From positions 80,778 through 126,386 of the forward strand of contig JBBDJR010000004.1 in the NCBI GenBank assembly GCA_040879785.1: a stretch of DNA of 45,609 bases, given 5' to 3'. The notes beneath the pieces were generated by a model. The model worked only from the letters and a program-made list of their open reading frames with translations, made no database searches and was not told the origin of the DNA. The position numbers were made by a program, and so were the translations under genes. The stretch is from Candidatus Pacearchaeota archaeon. GTDB lineage: Archaea; Nanobdellota; Nanobdellia; Pacearchaeales; GW2011-AR1. This document shows positions 28,938 to 37,678 of the stretch, piece after piece; the first letter of the stretch is position 1, and each line of letters begins with the position of its first letter.

Positions 28938-29876
28938 ATGCATTTCAAAACAAAATCAATAAAGGGAAGGAAATATAAGTATGCTGCAAAATCAATAAGG
29001 CTTCCAAATAAAAAAATTCTTTCTATTGAAAAGATATACAAAGATGAGAGTAAAGAGGAATTGGAAGGATATTTTGATAAAAAAGAAAAAGATGAATACC
29101 TAAAATATATGTTAAAGAATTTCAAAACTGACCACATATTTGACGAAATTCAGATGAAAAAAATAGAGGAAATTAGGGTGAATTACAAGAAAATTCTAAA
29201 AAAACTAAGTAGGGCTTCATTAAAGGATTTATTGGACAGATTTACTGCTAATTTTACTTATGAGAATAATGCTCTTGAAGGAAACTCTCTCACTCTAAAA
29301 GATGTAGCGATTGTAATGTTTGAAAACGCTTCAATAAAAGGGAAGGATTTAAGAGAAATTTATGAAACAAGGAATTCAAGAGAAGTTGTTGAAATGATAA
29401 TTAAGAATAAGTTTAGTATATCTCAAGAGGACATAATTAAAATACACAAGATTTTAATGAAAGATATGGATGTTGATACAGGATATAAAAAATTTCCAAA
29501 CCAGATAGTTGGAAAAAAAGTGAAAACAACTCCTCCCGAGAAAGTTCAGGAAGAAATGGAGAAATTAGTTAATTGGTATAATTCAAATAAAAATAGAATC
29601 CATCCTTTAAGAATCGTCGCCATTTTCCATGGGAAATTCGAGAAAATCCACCCTTTTGAGGATGGTAACGGAAGAGTCGGAAGATTTTTGATTAATGTGA
29701 TCCTGATAGAAAACAAATATCTTCCAATGATTATAAGAAAATCACAAAGATTGGCATATTTGACTACCCTGGAAAAATTTGATGATGATCACGAAGATAA
29801 TTTAATAAGATTTGTTTTGGAGAAATTTAAAGAGACGTATAGAAAATTTTTTGAAGTTTATGTTAATTATTTATGA
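28938..29876 (+). CDS. Fic family protein
   Basis: Canonical HPFEDGNGRVGR motif and NNALEGNSL inhibitory-type motif. Confidence 0.93.
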   Translation: MHFKTKSIKGRKYKYAAKSIRLPNKKILSIEKIYKDESKEELEGYFDKKEKDEYLKYMLKNFKTDHIFDEIQMKKIEEIRVNYKKILKKLSRASLKDLLDRFTANFTYENNALEGNSLTLKDVAIVMFENASIKGKDLREIYETRNSREVVEMIIKNKFSISQEDIIKIHKILMKDMDVDTGYKKFPNQIVGKKVKTTPPEKVQEEMEKLVNWYNSNKNRIHPLRIVAIFHGKFEKIHPFEDGNGRVGRFLINVILIENKYLPMIIRKSQRLAYLTTLEKFDDDHEDNLIRFVLEKFKETYRKFFEVYVNYL

Positions 29877-29889
29877 TAATTTATTTTCC

Positions 29890-31344
29890 CTACTTCTTAC
29901 CCTTCTTCCGACTCCCGTGCTCTTTCTTCTTCCCCGTTTTCTTCATATTCAAAATCATGTAAACTGCTACAATCAGAAGTATGGCTATTAAGAAGCTGTA
30001 AACATTAAAGAACGGCAGAGCTATTTGCGCAGGGCATAGTGCAACCCTCGAGTCGCTTTGACATGTTTCCATCTGTTTTTCTGAATCAAGATAGCACAAT
30101 CCGTCATCAAGAACATAATTATCAAGACAACCATCTTCGCCTGGTTCCTCACCAATATTCCCGTCATGCCATTCCCATTCGGCCGTCCAGTTGAAAGTTA
30201 TAAATTCGTCGGTTTCACAGCTTCCGGTTACATCTTCACGTGTATATGTACATGTTCCACCGTCAGTTCCGTCTCCGTCAGTGTTCCACTTTGCATCACA
30301 CTCATTCTCTCCTGAATCCCAATAACACTCACAGTTTCTTTCCTCGTCGCAAAATCCATCCCCCATGTTATATCCTTCCCCCGATTCAACAGTGTGTTTT
30401 GCTGTAATACATAGGTCTGCTTCACATCTGTCTTTATTATAATCCCAGCATAAGTTAATTTCTTCCGCCTCACACCATTCCGGCTTACCCTCAGTCACAA
30501 GAAGCGAGTTGCTGCTATCTTCAAACTCGTTATCATTCCCCACGACCGTCGCAGTAAAAGTATACTTGTCATCGTGGACCGGCTCCGCCGTCCAGGTTCC
30601 TGTCGCGTTTCCGCTATCGTCAAAATTCACATTCTCCGGGTTTGTACATCCGTCAATATCAGAACATGAAGTTCCGCCCCGGAAGACTTCGATTGAGATT
30701 TGTGCTCCCCCAGGAGCATCACTGCAAGCAGGGGTTCCTTCAACAATAAACCCCGCATTACTCCCTTCAGAGGCCGAAATGCCATCCCAACTTGCAGAAG
30801 TTAGGTCGCAATCTGCAGGATCAAAAACAGGAGTAGCACAAATCTTTGATTCATAATTATCTTCTTCTGGTTTTTCGGAGTGCGCATTCGAAAAACTCTT
30901 ATCTTCGTTTGTAGACAAGTAAATAATCTCAATTTTTGGAATATCTTCTTCCTCTGTAGAATTACCACATTCTTTTGTTGCATCAATTGATTCTACTTCT
31001 TTAAAACCACTATAACAGGCATCAGCATCATAATATGAGGAAAGTAAGTCAGGCACTTCGGCATGAGCATTAGTTGATGATGAAATTCCTAAGAACTTTT
31101 CATTTCCATCACACGATGTACTTCCACCCCCAAAATCACAGCATAAAACTTTCTTACCTGGAAAATCAGGCTGGTTTGCCAAGGCAACATGCGCGTTCGT
31201 AAATTCTGAGAGTCTGAGAACAATATTATTATCTCCATCACAGTTGTTTGAATTTACATATGTACAAGTCTGCGCAGAAACGCTCCCAACACTTACGACT
31301 AATAGAAACAGCCCAAGCAAAAATAGTATTCCTTTCAACCTCAT
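29890..31344 (-). CDS. Cys-rich acidic surface protein with C-terminal LPFF-TM-basic anchor
   Basis: Signal peptide, three NAH-containing repeats, Ig-like middle region, Cys-rich stalk, sorting-signal-like C-terminus. Confidence 0.85.
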   Translation of the reverse strand: MRLKGILFLLGLFLLVVSVGSVSAQTCTYVNSNNCDGDNNIVLRLSEFTNAHVALANQPDFPGKKVLCCDFGGGSTSCDGNEKFLGISSSTNAHAEVPDLLSSYYDADACYSGFKEVESIDATKECGNSTEEEDIPKIEIIYLSTNEDKSFSNAHSEKPEEDNYESKICATPVFDPADCDLTSASWDGISASEGSNAGFIVEGTPACSDAPGGAQISIEVFRGGTSCSDIDGCTNPENVNFDDSGNATGTWTAEPVHDDKYTFTATVVGNDNEFEDSSNSLLVTEGKPEWCEAEEINLCWDYNKDRCEADLCITAKHTVESGEGYNMGDGFCDEERNCECYWDSGENECDAKWNTDGDGTDGGTCTYTREDVTGSCETDEFITFNWTAEWEWHDGNIGEEPGEDGCLDNYVLDDGLCYLDSEKQMETCQSDSRVALCPAQIALPFFNVYSFLIAILLIVAVYMILNMKKTGKKKEHGSRKKGKK

Positions 31345-31369
31345 TTTCTTAATATACTAGTAAAATACG

Positions 31370-31419
31370 TTTTATAAATATTGCTCTAATGTAGTTGTGT
31401 TATTTTTTGATTGTTAGAG
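31370..31419. repeat. Junction repeat R1, copy 1 (50 bp, contains a TATA box)
   Basis: ttttataaatattgctctaatgtagttgtgtt[a/g]ttttttgattgttagag; 49/50 identical to 35969-36018. Confidence 0.9.
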
Positions 31420-31480
31420 ATTAAGAATGTTTAAATTCAATTACAACAAAATTTAAATAGCTTGAAAACTAAGAAAAGCC

Positions 31481-31630
31481 ATGGAAACCCTTGAGACAAC
31501 TTTAGAGAAAGTTGAGTTAAAGACTGAAGAAGAAAAAACCTTACCTATGGAAAGGTCTCTTTACGAAGGACTTCAAAAAATATCGGATGAAGTCTATAGT
31601 GGACCAACGAGTATTAAATATTGGATGTAA
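31481..31630 (+). CDS. Putative RiPP precursor peptide (49 aa)
   Basis: Not in the ORF track. METLETTLEKVELKTEEEKTLPMERSLYEGLQKISDEVYSGPTSIKYWM*; a TTTAAATA box lies about 25 bp upstream and it is the first gene before the ChaN-like and ThiF genes. Confidence 0.7.
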   Translation: METLETTLEKVELKTEEEKTLPMERSLYEGLQKISDEVYSGPTSIKYWM

Positions 31631-31649
31631 ATCTTCCTTTGAGTAAGAA

Positions 31650-32228
31650 ATGGATATATCTTTTATTTTTATAGGTAGTACTCATTCTTTTTTAGATGAT
31701 TTCTCAAAACAAAAAGAAATAATAGAGTCAGTAAAACCCAAATTTCTATTAAGTGAAGAATTAGAAAATTTAAAATTAGATAAGGAAGATAGGTTTAAAG
31801 AAATTCTGGAGAAAAAATTTATTTCAGATATGACTTCTTTTGGTGAAGTTGAAAAACTGGTAAAATTGTGTTTTGAAAAAAAGATTAAACTAATTGGAAT
31901 TGACTTTCATAACTTTGGATTTGACGAAAATCTACAAAGAAAAATAAAGAATCAAAAAGAACTTACAAATGAAGAGGAAGAAATTTTAGAAGAGCTAACA
32001 AAAAAAAGAGAAAAACACCATCTTTCAAAGATTTTGGAATATAAATCAAAAACAAAACTTCCAATAGTTATTATTCTTGGTTGTTGGCATTTAAGAAAAG
32101 ATTCTTTATTAAGAAAAAGATTAGAAAACTATAAAATTATCGCTCCGTTGGATGAAACTGGAGAGGTCTTGTTTGAACCAAGCAATAAAGAAATTAAATA
32201 TGGAGAGATAATTTCAAATGGACAATAA
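31650..32228 (+). CDS. ChaN/EreA/TIKI superfamily-like hydrolase
   Basis: FIGSTH, LLSEE, LIGID, KRE and ILGCWHL pattern of the EreA/ChaN/TIKI fold. Confidence 0.65.
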   Translation: MDISFIFIGSTHSFLDDFSKQKEIIESVKPKFLLSEELENLKLDKEDRFKEILEKKFISDMTSFGEVEKLVKLCFEKKIKLIGIDFHNFGFDENLQRKIKNQKELTNEEEEILEELTKKREKHHLSKILEYKSKTKLPIVIILGCWHLRKDSLLRKRLENYKIIAPLDETGEVLFEPSNKEIKYGEIISNGQ

Positions 32229-33228
32229 GCTAAAACTCAAGGATTCGTTGTATATCTTAAGAGATACTGAAGATAATTATGTTTTTATTTCAACTGCAAC
32301 ACGAAGAATAAAAAAATTTCAAGTAGACTCTTTAGTTAAGGATGTGATTGCTTCCCTTGATTCCGAGCAAACAGAACAAGATTTAAATAAAAGGTTATCT
32401 TCTAAATATGGTTCTCAAGATATAAATTCTTGTTTAAATGCTTTAGAAAAAGAAGGGATTGTTAGAAAATATGAATCTGATTTAGAAAAAGGAAGGCATT
32501 ACAAGCAATTATTATTTTTGGATGAACTTACAGATTCAAGGGAAGAAACTTTAGAATTACAAAAAAGAATAGAAAATTCTAAAGTTGCAGTTTTTGGGGT
32601 GGGCGGAATTGGAACTTGGATTGTAAATGGATTGTATCAAATTGGTGTAGGAGAAATAAGAATCACTGACCCTGATGTTGTAGAGGAAAGTAATTTTAAC
32701 AGGCAGTTATTTTTTGATTCAGGAGATGTTGGTGAGTATAAGGTTAATGTTGTAAAAGAAAAATTAGGGGAGGCAAATATAATACCCTTCAAGAAAAGAG
32801 TTGAACCAAATCAGGATTTGGAGAATATTGTTTTTGGTTGTAATTTTTTAGTAAATTGTGCAGATTCTCCATCGGTTGCAGAAACAACAAGAATTATTGA
32901 TAGTTATGCTAATCAGCACGAAATTGCTTATTGTGTTGCGGGAGGATATAACCTACATTTGGGAATGGTTGGTCCAGTCATTATTCCAGGAGTTACTAAA
33001 ACTTTTGACGATTTTATAGGATATCAGAAAGTAATGGATCCATTAAGAGATTTGGAAAAGATAAGGGACATCAAACAAACAGGAAACCTTGGGCCAATTG
33101 CCGGAGCAGTGGCAAATATTCAAACAATGGAAATTTTTAAGTATCTTACAGGAAAGGGAAGAATAAATCTGAATAGATTCGCAGAAATAGACTTTATGGA
33201 TTTTGGGATTGAATGGAGAGAGTTTTAA
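32218..33228 (+). CDS. ThiF/E1-like adenylyltransferase with N-terminal RRE-like winged-helix domain (MccB/PaaA-like)
   Basis: VFGVGGIG, DPDVVEESNFNRQ, YKV and CADSP motifs; about 85-aa N-terminal extension of three strands then helices; no CxxC zinc motifs. Confidence 0.88.
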   Translation: MDNKLKLKDSLYILRDTEDNYVFISTATRRIKKFQVDSLVKDVIASLDSEQTEQDLNKRLSSKYGSQDINSCLNALEKEGIVRKYESDLEKGRHYKQLLFLDELTDSREETLELQKRIENSKVAVFGVGGIGTWIVNGLYQIGVGEIRITDPDVVEESNFNRQLFFDSGDVGEYKVNVVKEKLGEANIIPFKKRVEPNQDLENIVFGCNFLVNCADSPSVAETTRIIDSYANQHEIAYCVAGGYNLHLGMVGPVIIPGVTKTFDDFIGYQKVMDPLRDLEKIRDIKQTGNLGPIAGAVANIQTMEIFKYLTGKGRINLNRFAEIDFMDFGIEWREF

Positions 33229-33274
33229 GAGATTAATAATCAATTTTTAATCAAACATCATTATCCTAAAACCC

Positions 33275-35254
33275 TCAATCACTTGAATTTGTATGCCAGT
33301 AAAAACCTCCCTTGCGTGCGTACTTGTTCTCAGGTCCGAAATCAGAACCTATAATATTGTCGTTTGTAAAGAAATCCCATTGAGGGAATCCTTCATCATC
33401 CCAAATAAATGTTGAATACTTTTTATCTTCGCTTCCAAGTTCATGATATAAAATATCTCCTGCTTTTTCATCCCATACTCCTGCTTCTGGCTCACCCGAT
33501 GGAGAAGAGCCGATTGTTTTTCCATAAGGGTCATCAGGATGACTTCCAGACTTCACAAACATATGCCAAAATTCGTGTGTTGTTGTTCCGCTTCCTGCCC
33601 TAGGAACCAAGTAAATTGTTCCACGTGAAACAAAACCTCCTGTAGTGTAGGGTTTTGCCTGCCCTGCTCTGCCTCCAACATCAAAAACTTTTCTCGGAGA
33701 AACAATAATTGTTCCTTGAGAAGGTCTTATATTATCAACCTTGTCGGTTGTGCCACAATCAACAATATAAGAATTTCCTTCATCGTTTCCAAATACAATT
33801 TGATTTTCGTTTATTTGATAGTTCCCTGTGAATCTGCTAACGTGGTCTGGACTCATGATTACATCTCTGATGTTTTCGTATCTTTCATCGTTGAAGGTTG
33901 CATCTTCGTCACAAGGATCACTTTCCAAGACCCTTATTCTTTCCAATCCCTCAAAATCTCCATAGTCGTCATTTATGTTTTTAAGATATCTTCCGTCAAA
34001 ATCAAACTTGGTTGGCGCTCCTATGAATTGAAGAAACTCTTTAAATTCCTCTTTATGCTCATCACGCGAAACCCCCATAATCGTAATGTCCGAATTGTAT
34101 CTTTCGTCCTCAGGATTTGTTATGTAAGAGGGAATCGTCTCAGTTCTTACATAGCCGGTGGTATCGTTGGGAGTTCCATGAAATGCCTGAACGACCAGCA
34201 TTTCTTCAAGCTCCGAGGCTTTTTTCTTTAACTTAAATTCAAAGTTTCCATCGGCGTCTGTGATGTAATTTCCTTCAGCGTCAGCTTTTTCTGTCTCAAG
34301 ATGATTCCAGGTTTCATCCTCGTCTGTTTTATGAATTTCATAAACTCTCATCGCTGATTTTTCTCCTCCAAGCGTCTCAACGTTTTTTACGGTTCCCGAA
34401 ATAACGGGAAATGATTTTATTTCTGCAGGCAAATCATAGGAAGAATTTTCTACGGTGAATGTAGTGTCCCACGGCTCGTGATAATCTGCTCCAATAGATA
34501 TATTTATATTGTTTTCTTCTGAAGTTAAGAAATTACCTTTCTGTAAATTCTGCGACCGTCCCGATTGTTTATTCTTAAACCGAGAGTCTGAAAAAGCTCC
34601 CGAGCCGGCAGAATGGCTTATGCTGACATTATTATGATTTCCTCCTCCGACACTGGTCATTTTTTCCGTGGAGCTGTTTTCTCCGTCGTCATCGGTTATT
34701 CTAAACAAATAAGTCCCGGGAGTATTTATTCCGCTTATGTTGAACACATGGTCTCCTCGAGATAAATCCACAGTTTTTCCTGAAAGTCTTTGTCCTAAAA
34801 TGTTGTATACCTCTACATCATGCGCTCCCCCTGTGGGTGTTGTATAAACTACGTTCGTACTTGGATTAAACGGGTTCGGATAGTTGCTACTTAAATTATA
34901 TCCTGTTGGAATTTCTTCAGACCCGTCATCTTCTGCGCTTACTACTGTCTTAAACGATAGAGGACCCCATCTTCCATCACTTCTCGTAGTGAGTGTCGTG
35001 TCCTTCATAGACTCTCCGTTTTCGTATCTTATGTTAACCTCCGCACCGCTAACATCTTCTCCAAGATTATTTGTCACGTAACCACTTAAACTAACCCCCT
35101 CTTCCTGACTTACCCTATATTCATTTTGTTGTTTGTTGTTATACGCTTCCACATTTTGAAACGAAGGAATTGACGTAGCGAGAACTAATGAGCCTAAGGC
35201 AGCTAGGCCGAATGTTTTTGCCCGGTAGACTAGGTTTTCAAGAGTTTTACCCAT
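33275..35254 (-). CDS. Secreted acidic protein with internal T9SS-CTD-like Ig domain and HExxH motif (paralog 1)
   Basis: Signal peptide; YNLSSNYPNPFNPST...VYNILGQ...GTYLFRI; THEFWH. Confidence 0.85.
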   Translation of the reverse strand: MGKTLENLVYRAKTFGLAALGSLVLATSIPSFQNVEAYNNKQQNEYRVSQEEGVSLSGYVTNNLGEDVSGAEVNIRYENGESMKDTTLTTRSDGRWGPLSFKTVVSAEDDGSEEIPTGYNLSSNYPNPFNPSTNVVYTTPTGGAHDVEVYNILGQRLSGKTVDLSRGDHVFNISGINTPGTYLFRITDDDGENSSTEKMTSVGGGNHNNVSISHSAGSGAFSDSRFKNKQSGRSQNLQKGNFLTSEENNINISIGADYHEPWDTTFTVENSSYDLPAEIKSFPVISGTVKNVETLGGEKSAMRVYEIHKTDEDETWNHLETEKADAEGNYITDADGNFEFKLKKKASELEEMLVVQAFHGTPNDTTGYVRTETIPSYITNPEDERYNSDITIMGVSRDEHKEEFKEFLQFIGAPTKFDFDGRYLKNINDDYGDFEGLERIRVLESDPCDEDATFNDERYENIRDVIMSPDHVSRFTGNYQINENQIVFGNDEGNSYIVDCGTTDKVDNIRPSQGTIIVSPRKVFDVGGRAGQAKPYTTGGFVSRGTIYLVPRAGSGTTTHEFWHMFVKSGSHPDDPYGKTIGSSPSGEPEAGVWDEKAGDILYHELGSEDKKYSTFIWDDEGFPQWDFFTNDNIIGSDFGPENKYARKGGFYWHTNSSD

Positions 35255-35279
35255 TTTAGGTTAAATCCTGTATCATTCC

Positions 35280-35334
35280 AATACACAGAAATATAATAAA
35301 CTTACTATTTAAATCTTTAGATTGTTGTCACTTA
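35280..35334. repeat. Junction repeat R2, copy 1 (55 bp, upstream of T9SS-like paralog 1)
   Basis: 54/55 identical to 41168-41222. Confidence 0.9.
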
Positions 35335-35358
35335 AAAGGGAGTAACATGTAACAAGGC

Positions 35359-35922
35359 CTAATCATAATAGAAACAACATACCTGTCCTTCTGTTGGCGG
35401 CTCGTCTGAGCGCTCGTCTTCTCTGTTAATTACAAACTCGCCTTCTCTGTCTGGACATTCTCCTTCAGAAGTTGCATCTACCCACTCGCTGTTTAAACCG
35501 CCCTCACATGTGTTGTCTGTTTCTTCCTCTTCTTCACAATCAATCGCAGGGCAGGGCTGTACTCCGTATCGTGCATAATCAGGATTTGTTGCAAGCTCGT
35601 TACATGTAGCTATTAAGTTTTCATCTGCTCTCCTTTCAACATCACAAAAAGCAGTGATGCTATTTGAATCACAGTGATTTTGACATTGAACATTTGTTGG
35701 GTTCGGCTGCTCCTCCCTATCAGAAACCAGAATATAAACAACCGAAGCTGCTATGAGAATAAAAATAATCGTTATTGCTATTGCAAGTGTTTTTGTATTC
35801 ATTTTGTTTCCCGTATGTCCGTGACGAGCGCCGTGTCTTCCGCGATGGACCGTATTGTTTTTAGAATGATTCGCGCGCCCGTGATTTGATTTATGTCCGC
35901 CATGTTTCTTAGGATATTTCAT
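35359..35922 (-). CDS. Membrane protein with His/basic N-terminal tail and Cys-rich ectodomain (paralog 1)
   Basis: MKYPKKHGGH..., one TM helix, Cys-rich domain ending in CC. Confidence 0.85.
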   Translation of the reverse strand: MKYPKKHGGHKSNHGRANHSKNNTVHRGRHGARHGHTGNKMNTKTLAIAITIIFILIAASVVYILVSDREEQPNPTNVQCQNHCDSNSITAFCDVERRADENLIATCNELATNPDYARYGVQPCPAIDCEEEEETDNTCEGGLNSEWVDATSEGECPDREGEFVINREDERSDEPPTEGQVCCFYYD

Positions 35923-35977
35923 TTGTTTAACTTAGCCCTCTTTTACACACCTTCTATAACAAAACTGCTTTTATAAA
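35715..35977. repeat. Repeat R3, copy 1 (263 bp: promoter plus 5' coding part)
   Basis: No differences seen by eye versus 42394-42656. Confidence 0.92.
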
Positions 35978-36018
35978 TATTGCTCTAATGTAGTTGTGTT
36001 GTTTTTTGATTGTTAGAG
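35969..36018. repeat. Junction repeat R1, copy 2
   Basis: 49/50 identical to 31370-31419. Confidence 0.9.
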
Positions 36019-36093
36019 TTAAGGAAATAAGAGATATCTAATTAATTAAAATATTCTTGTTTTTGGGATAGAATAATGCCTCTTAGAAGGAAA

Positions 36094-36939
36094 TTAGATA
36101 AAAAAGGGGCTCTGCCTGAATTCTTCAGATTTCTTCTTTAATAACTGTTTCCATGAGATATTTTTATTCTTCTCTAAATAATCTTCAATTAAGTAATATC
36201 CTATTGTATAACCTGTACCTGAAACATATTTCCCTCCTCCAAAAAACAAATCAGAATGAATACCTGGATTATCATTCATTGTTTTATCTAAAAATGACTT
36301 TAGTTCTTTTAATATTTTCTTGGCTTCATTCCTTGAAACAACCTTTGTGAAAGAATTTCTATTGTCGTCAAGAAATCCTTTTTGAAAATGTTCTGCCAAC
36401 CCATCTGCAACTAAATGTTCAAAGAGAGTCATATCATAAGAATAATAGTCTTGTAAACAATGAGCCAATTCATGTAAAATAGTGCTTTTTAAATTTAGTT
36501 CCCAATTTTGAACAGGATTTATGAATATATGTAAAATATCATCCCAAGCAAGCAGACCCCAAACACCGCCGAGACTCTCAACTACAAACCTGGATTTCGT
36601 CGGGAAGATATAAATTAAAATTTCCCTTCTACCTAATAAGTCTTTTATTTTTTCGAAGATTCCCTCTATTACATTCGTCATTTCTGATAAATTTATTTTT
36701 CCGCTAAAAAGTTCTACTTGCTCATCCTTGAATAAAGAATCTGTTAAATTATGCCTAAAATCTTCTTTATCCATGCATCCTCCAAAATGATCTTTTTCCT
36801 TAAGGGTTTCTATATCCTCACATATCTGATCTAAAAAAAGATCCTTGTCCCTCATAATGCTTATTCTATCTAGAAAAGAAAAAGTTTTCACATCTAAATT
36901 TCCATCTTTTAATCTAATTTTCACATTCTTACGTTCCAT
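36094..36939 (-). CDS. DUF2268-type putative Zn-dependent protease
   Basis: ILHELAH, ADGLAEHF, LFFGG and GYTIGYYLI motifs. Confidence 0.85.
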   Translation of the reverse strand: MERKNVKIRLKDGNLDVKTFSFLDRISIMRDKDLFLDQICEDIETLKEKDHFGGCMDKEDFRHNLTDSLFKDEQVELFSGKINLSEMTNVIEGIFEKIKDLLGRREILIYIFPTKSRFVVESLGGVWGLLAWDDILHIFINPVQNWELNLKSTILHELAHCLQDYYSYDMTLFEHLVADGLAEHFQKGFLDDNRNSFTKVVSRNEAKKILKELKSFLDKTMNDNPGIHSDLFFGGGKYVSGTGYTIGYYLIEDYLEKNKNISWKQLLKKKSEEFRQSPFFI

Positions 36940-36963
36940 AATTTTGGAAGAATAAACAGGCTT

Positions 36964-37677
36964 TTATTCTTTTCTCTTTCCTACATTTATTGTATAAACA
37001 GGTATTTCACCTTCAGTGAGATCCAATATTTGAATTAATGCATCATCTACAAATCCGCTAACAGGACAAGCCCCAATTCCATTTTCTGCAGCTGATAAGA
37101 CAATATTTTGCCCCATGTGCCCTGCTTCAAGGTATGAGAAAGGAAGGGCCTTATGTCTATATTTAACTTCTGAGCGAGAGATAACTGATGTTAATGCAAG
37201 GGTTGCCGCAGGATTAATGATGTTTGTTCCCATTATCTCTCCTTGCCTATTCTCCAAGTCTTTCTCCAACAATGTTTCGAGCGAACAATTATCTACATTA
37301 AAATGATATGCTCCTTTGTTTAGCCCCTCTATATTATATCCAATCATGTAGATCTCAATAGGAAATCGTGCACCTGCAGAAGGGTAAGTTCTTCTTTCAG
37401 GATCTCGTGAATAATCTAATATGCTACAAGAATTTAGTAGTCTAGATATTTCTTCTAAACTCATAGGTTGATCTGAAAACTCTCGAATAGACTCTCTTGA
37501 TTGTAGAATTTTCTGAAGATAACCATCTCCTACTTTTGGAAGAGGATTTTGAGAAAGTCTAGGATACGATTTTTTGAAAATATGGACAAACTCTACAGGC
37601 ATCTCGCTATCACCAATATTCCACTCTATATCTTCTAATTTTAATTTCTCATAAAAATTTCTTGTTTCTTCTAACAT
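36964..37677 (-). CDS. SagB/McbC-type FMN-dependent azoline dehydrogenase
   Basis: RESIREF, RTYPSAGARFPIEIY, catalytic KY (SEVKY), LEAGHMGQN, GFVDD. Confidence 0.92.
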   Translation of the reverse strand: MLEETRNFYEKLKLEDIEWNIGDSEMPVEFVHIFKKSYPRLSQNPLPKVGDGYLQKILQSRESIREFSDQPMSLEEISRLLNSCSILDYSRDPERRTYPSAGARFPIEIYMIGYNIEGLNKGAYHFNVDNCSLETLLEKDLENRQGEIMGTNIINPAATLALTSVISRSEVKYRHKALPFSYLEAGHMGQNIVLSAAENGIGACPVSGFVDDALIQILDLTEGEIPVYTINVGKRKE

Positions 37678-37678
37678 T

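Noticed and set aside
32218-33228. Housekeeping UbaA/MoeB sulfur-carrier activator
   Set aside because: It lacks the zinc-binding CxxC motifs, has an RRE-like extension, and sits with a peptide rather than a ubiquitin-like protein.
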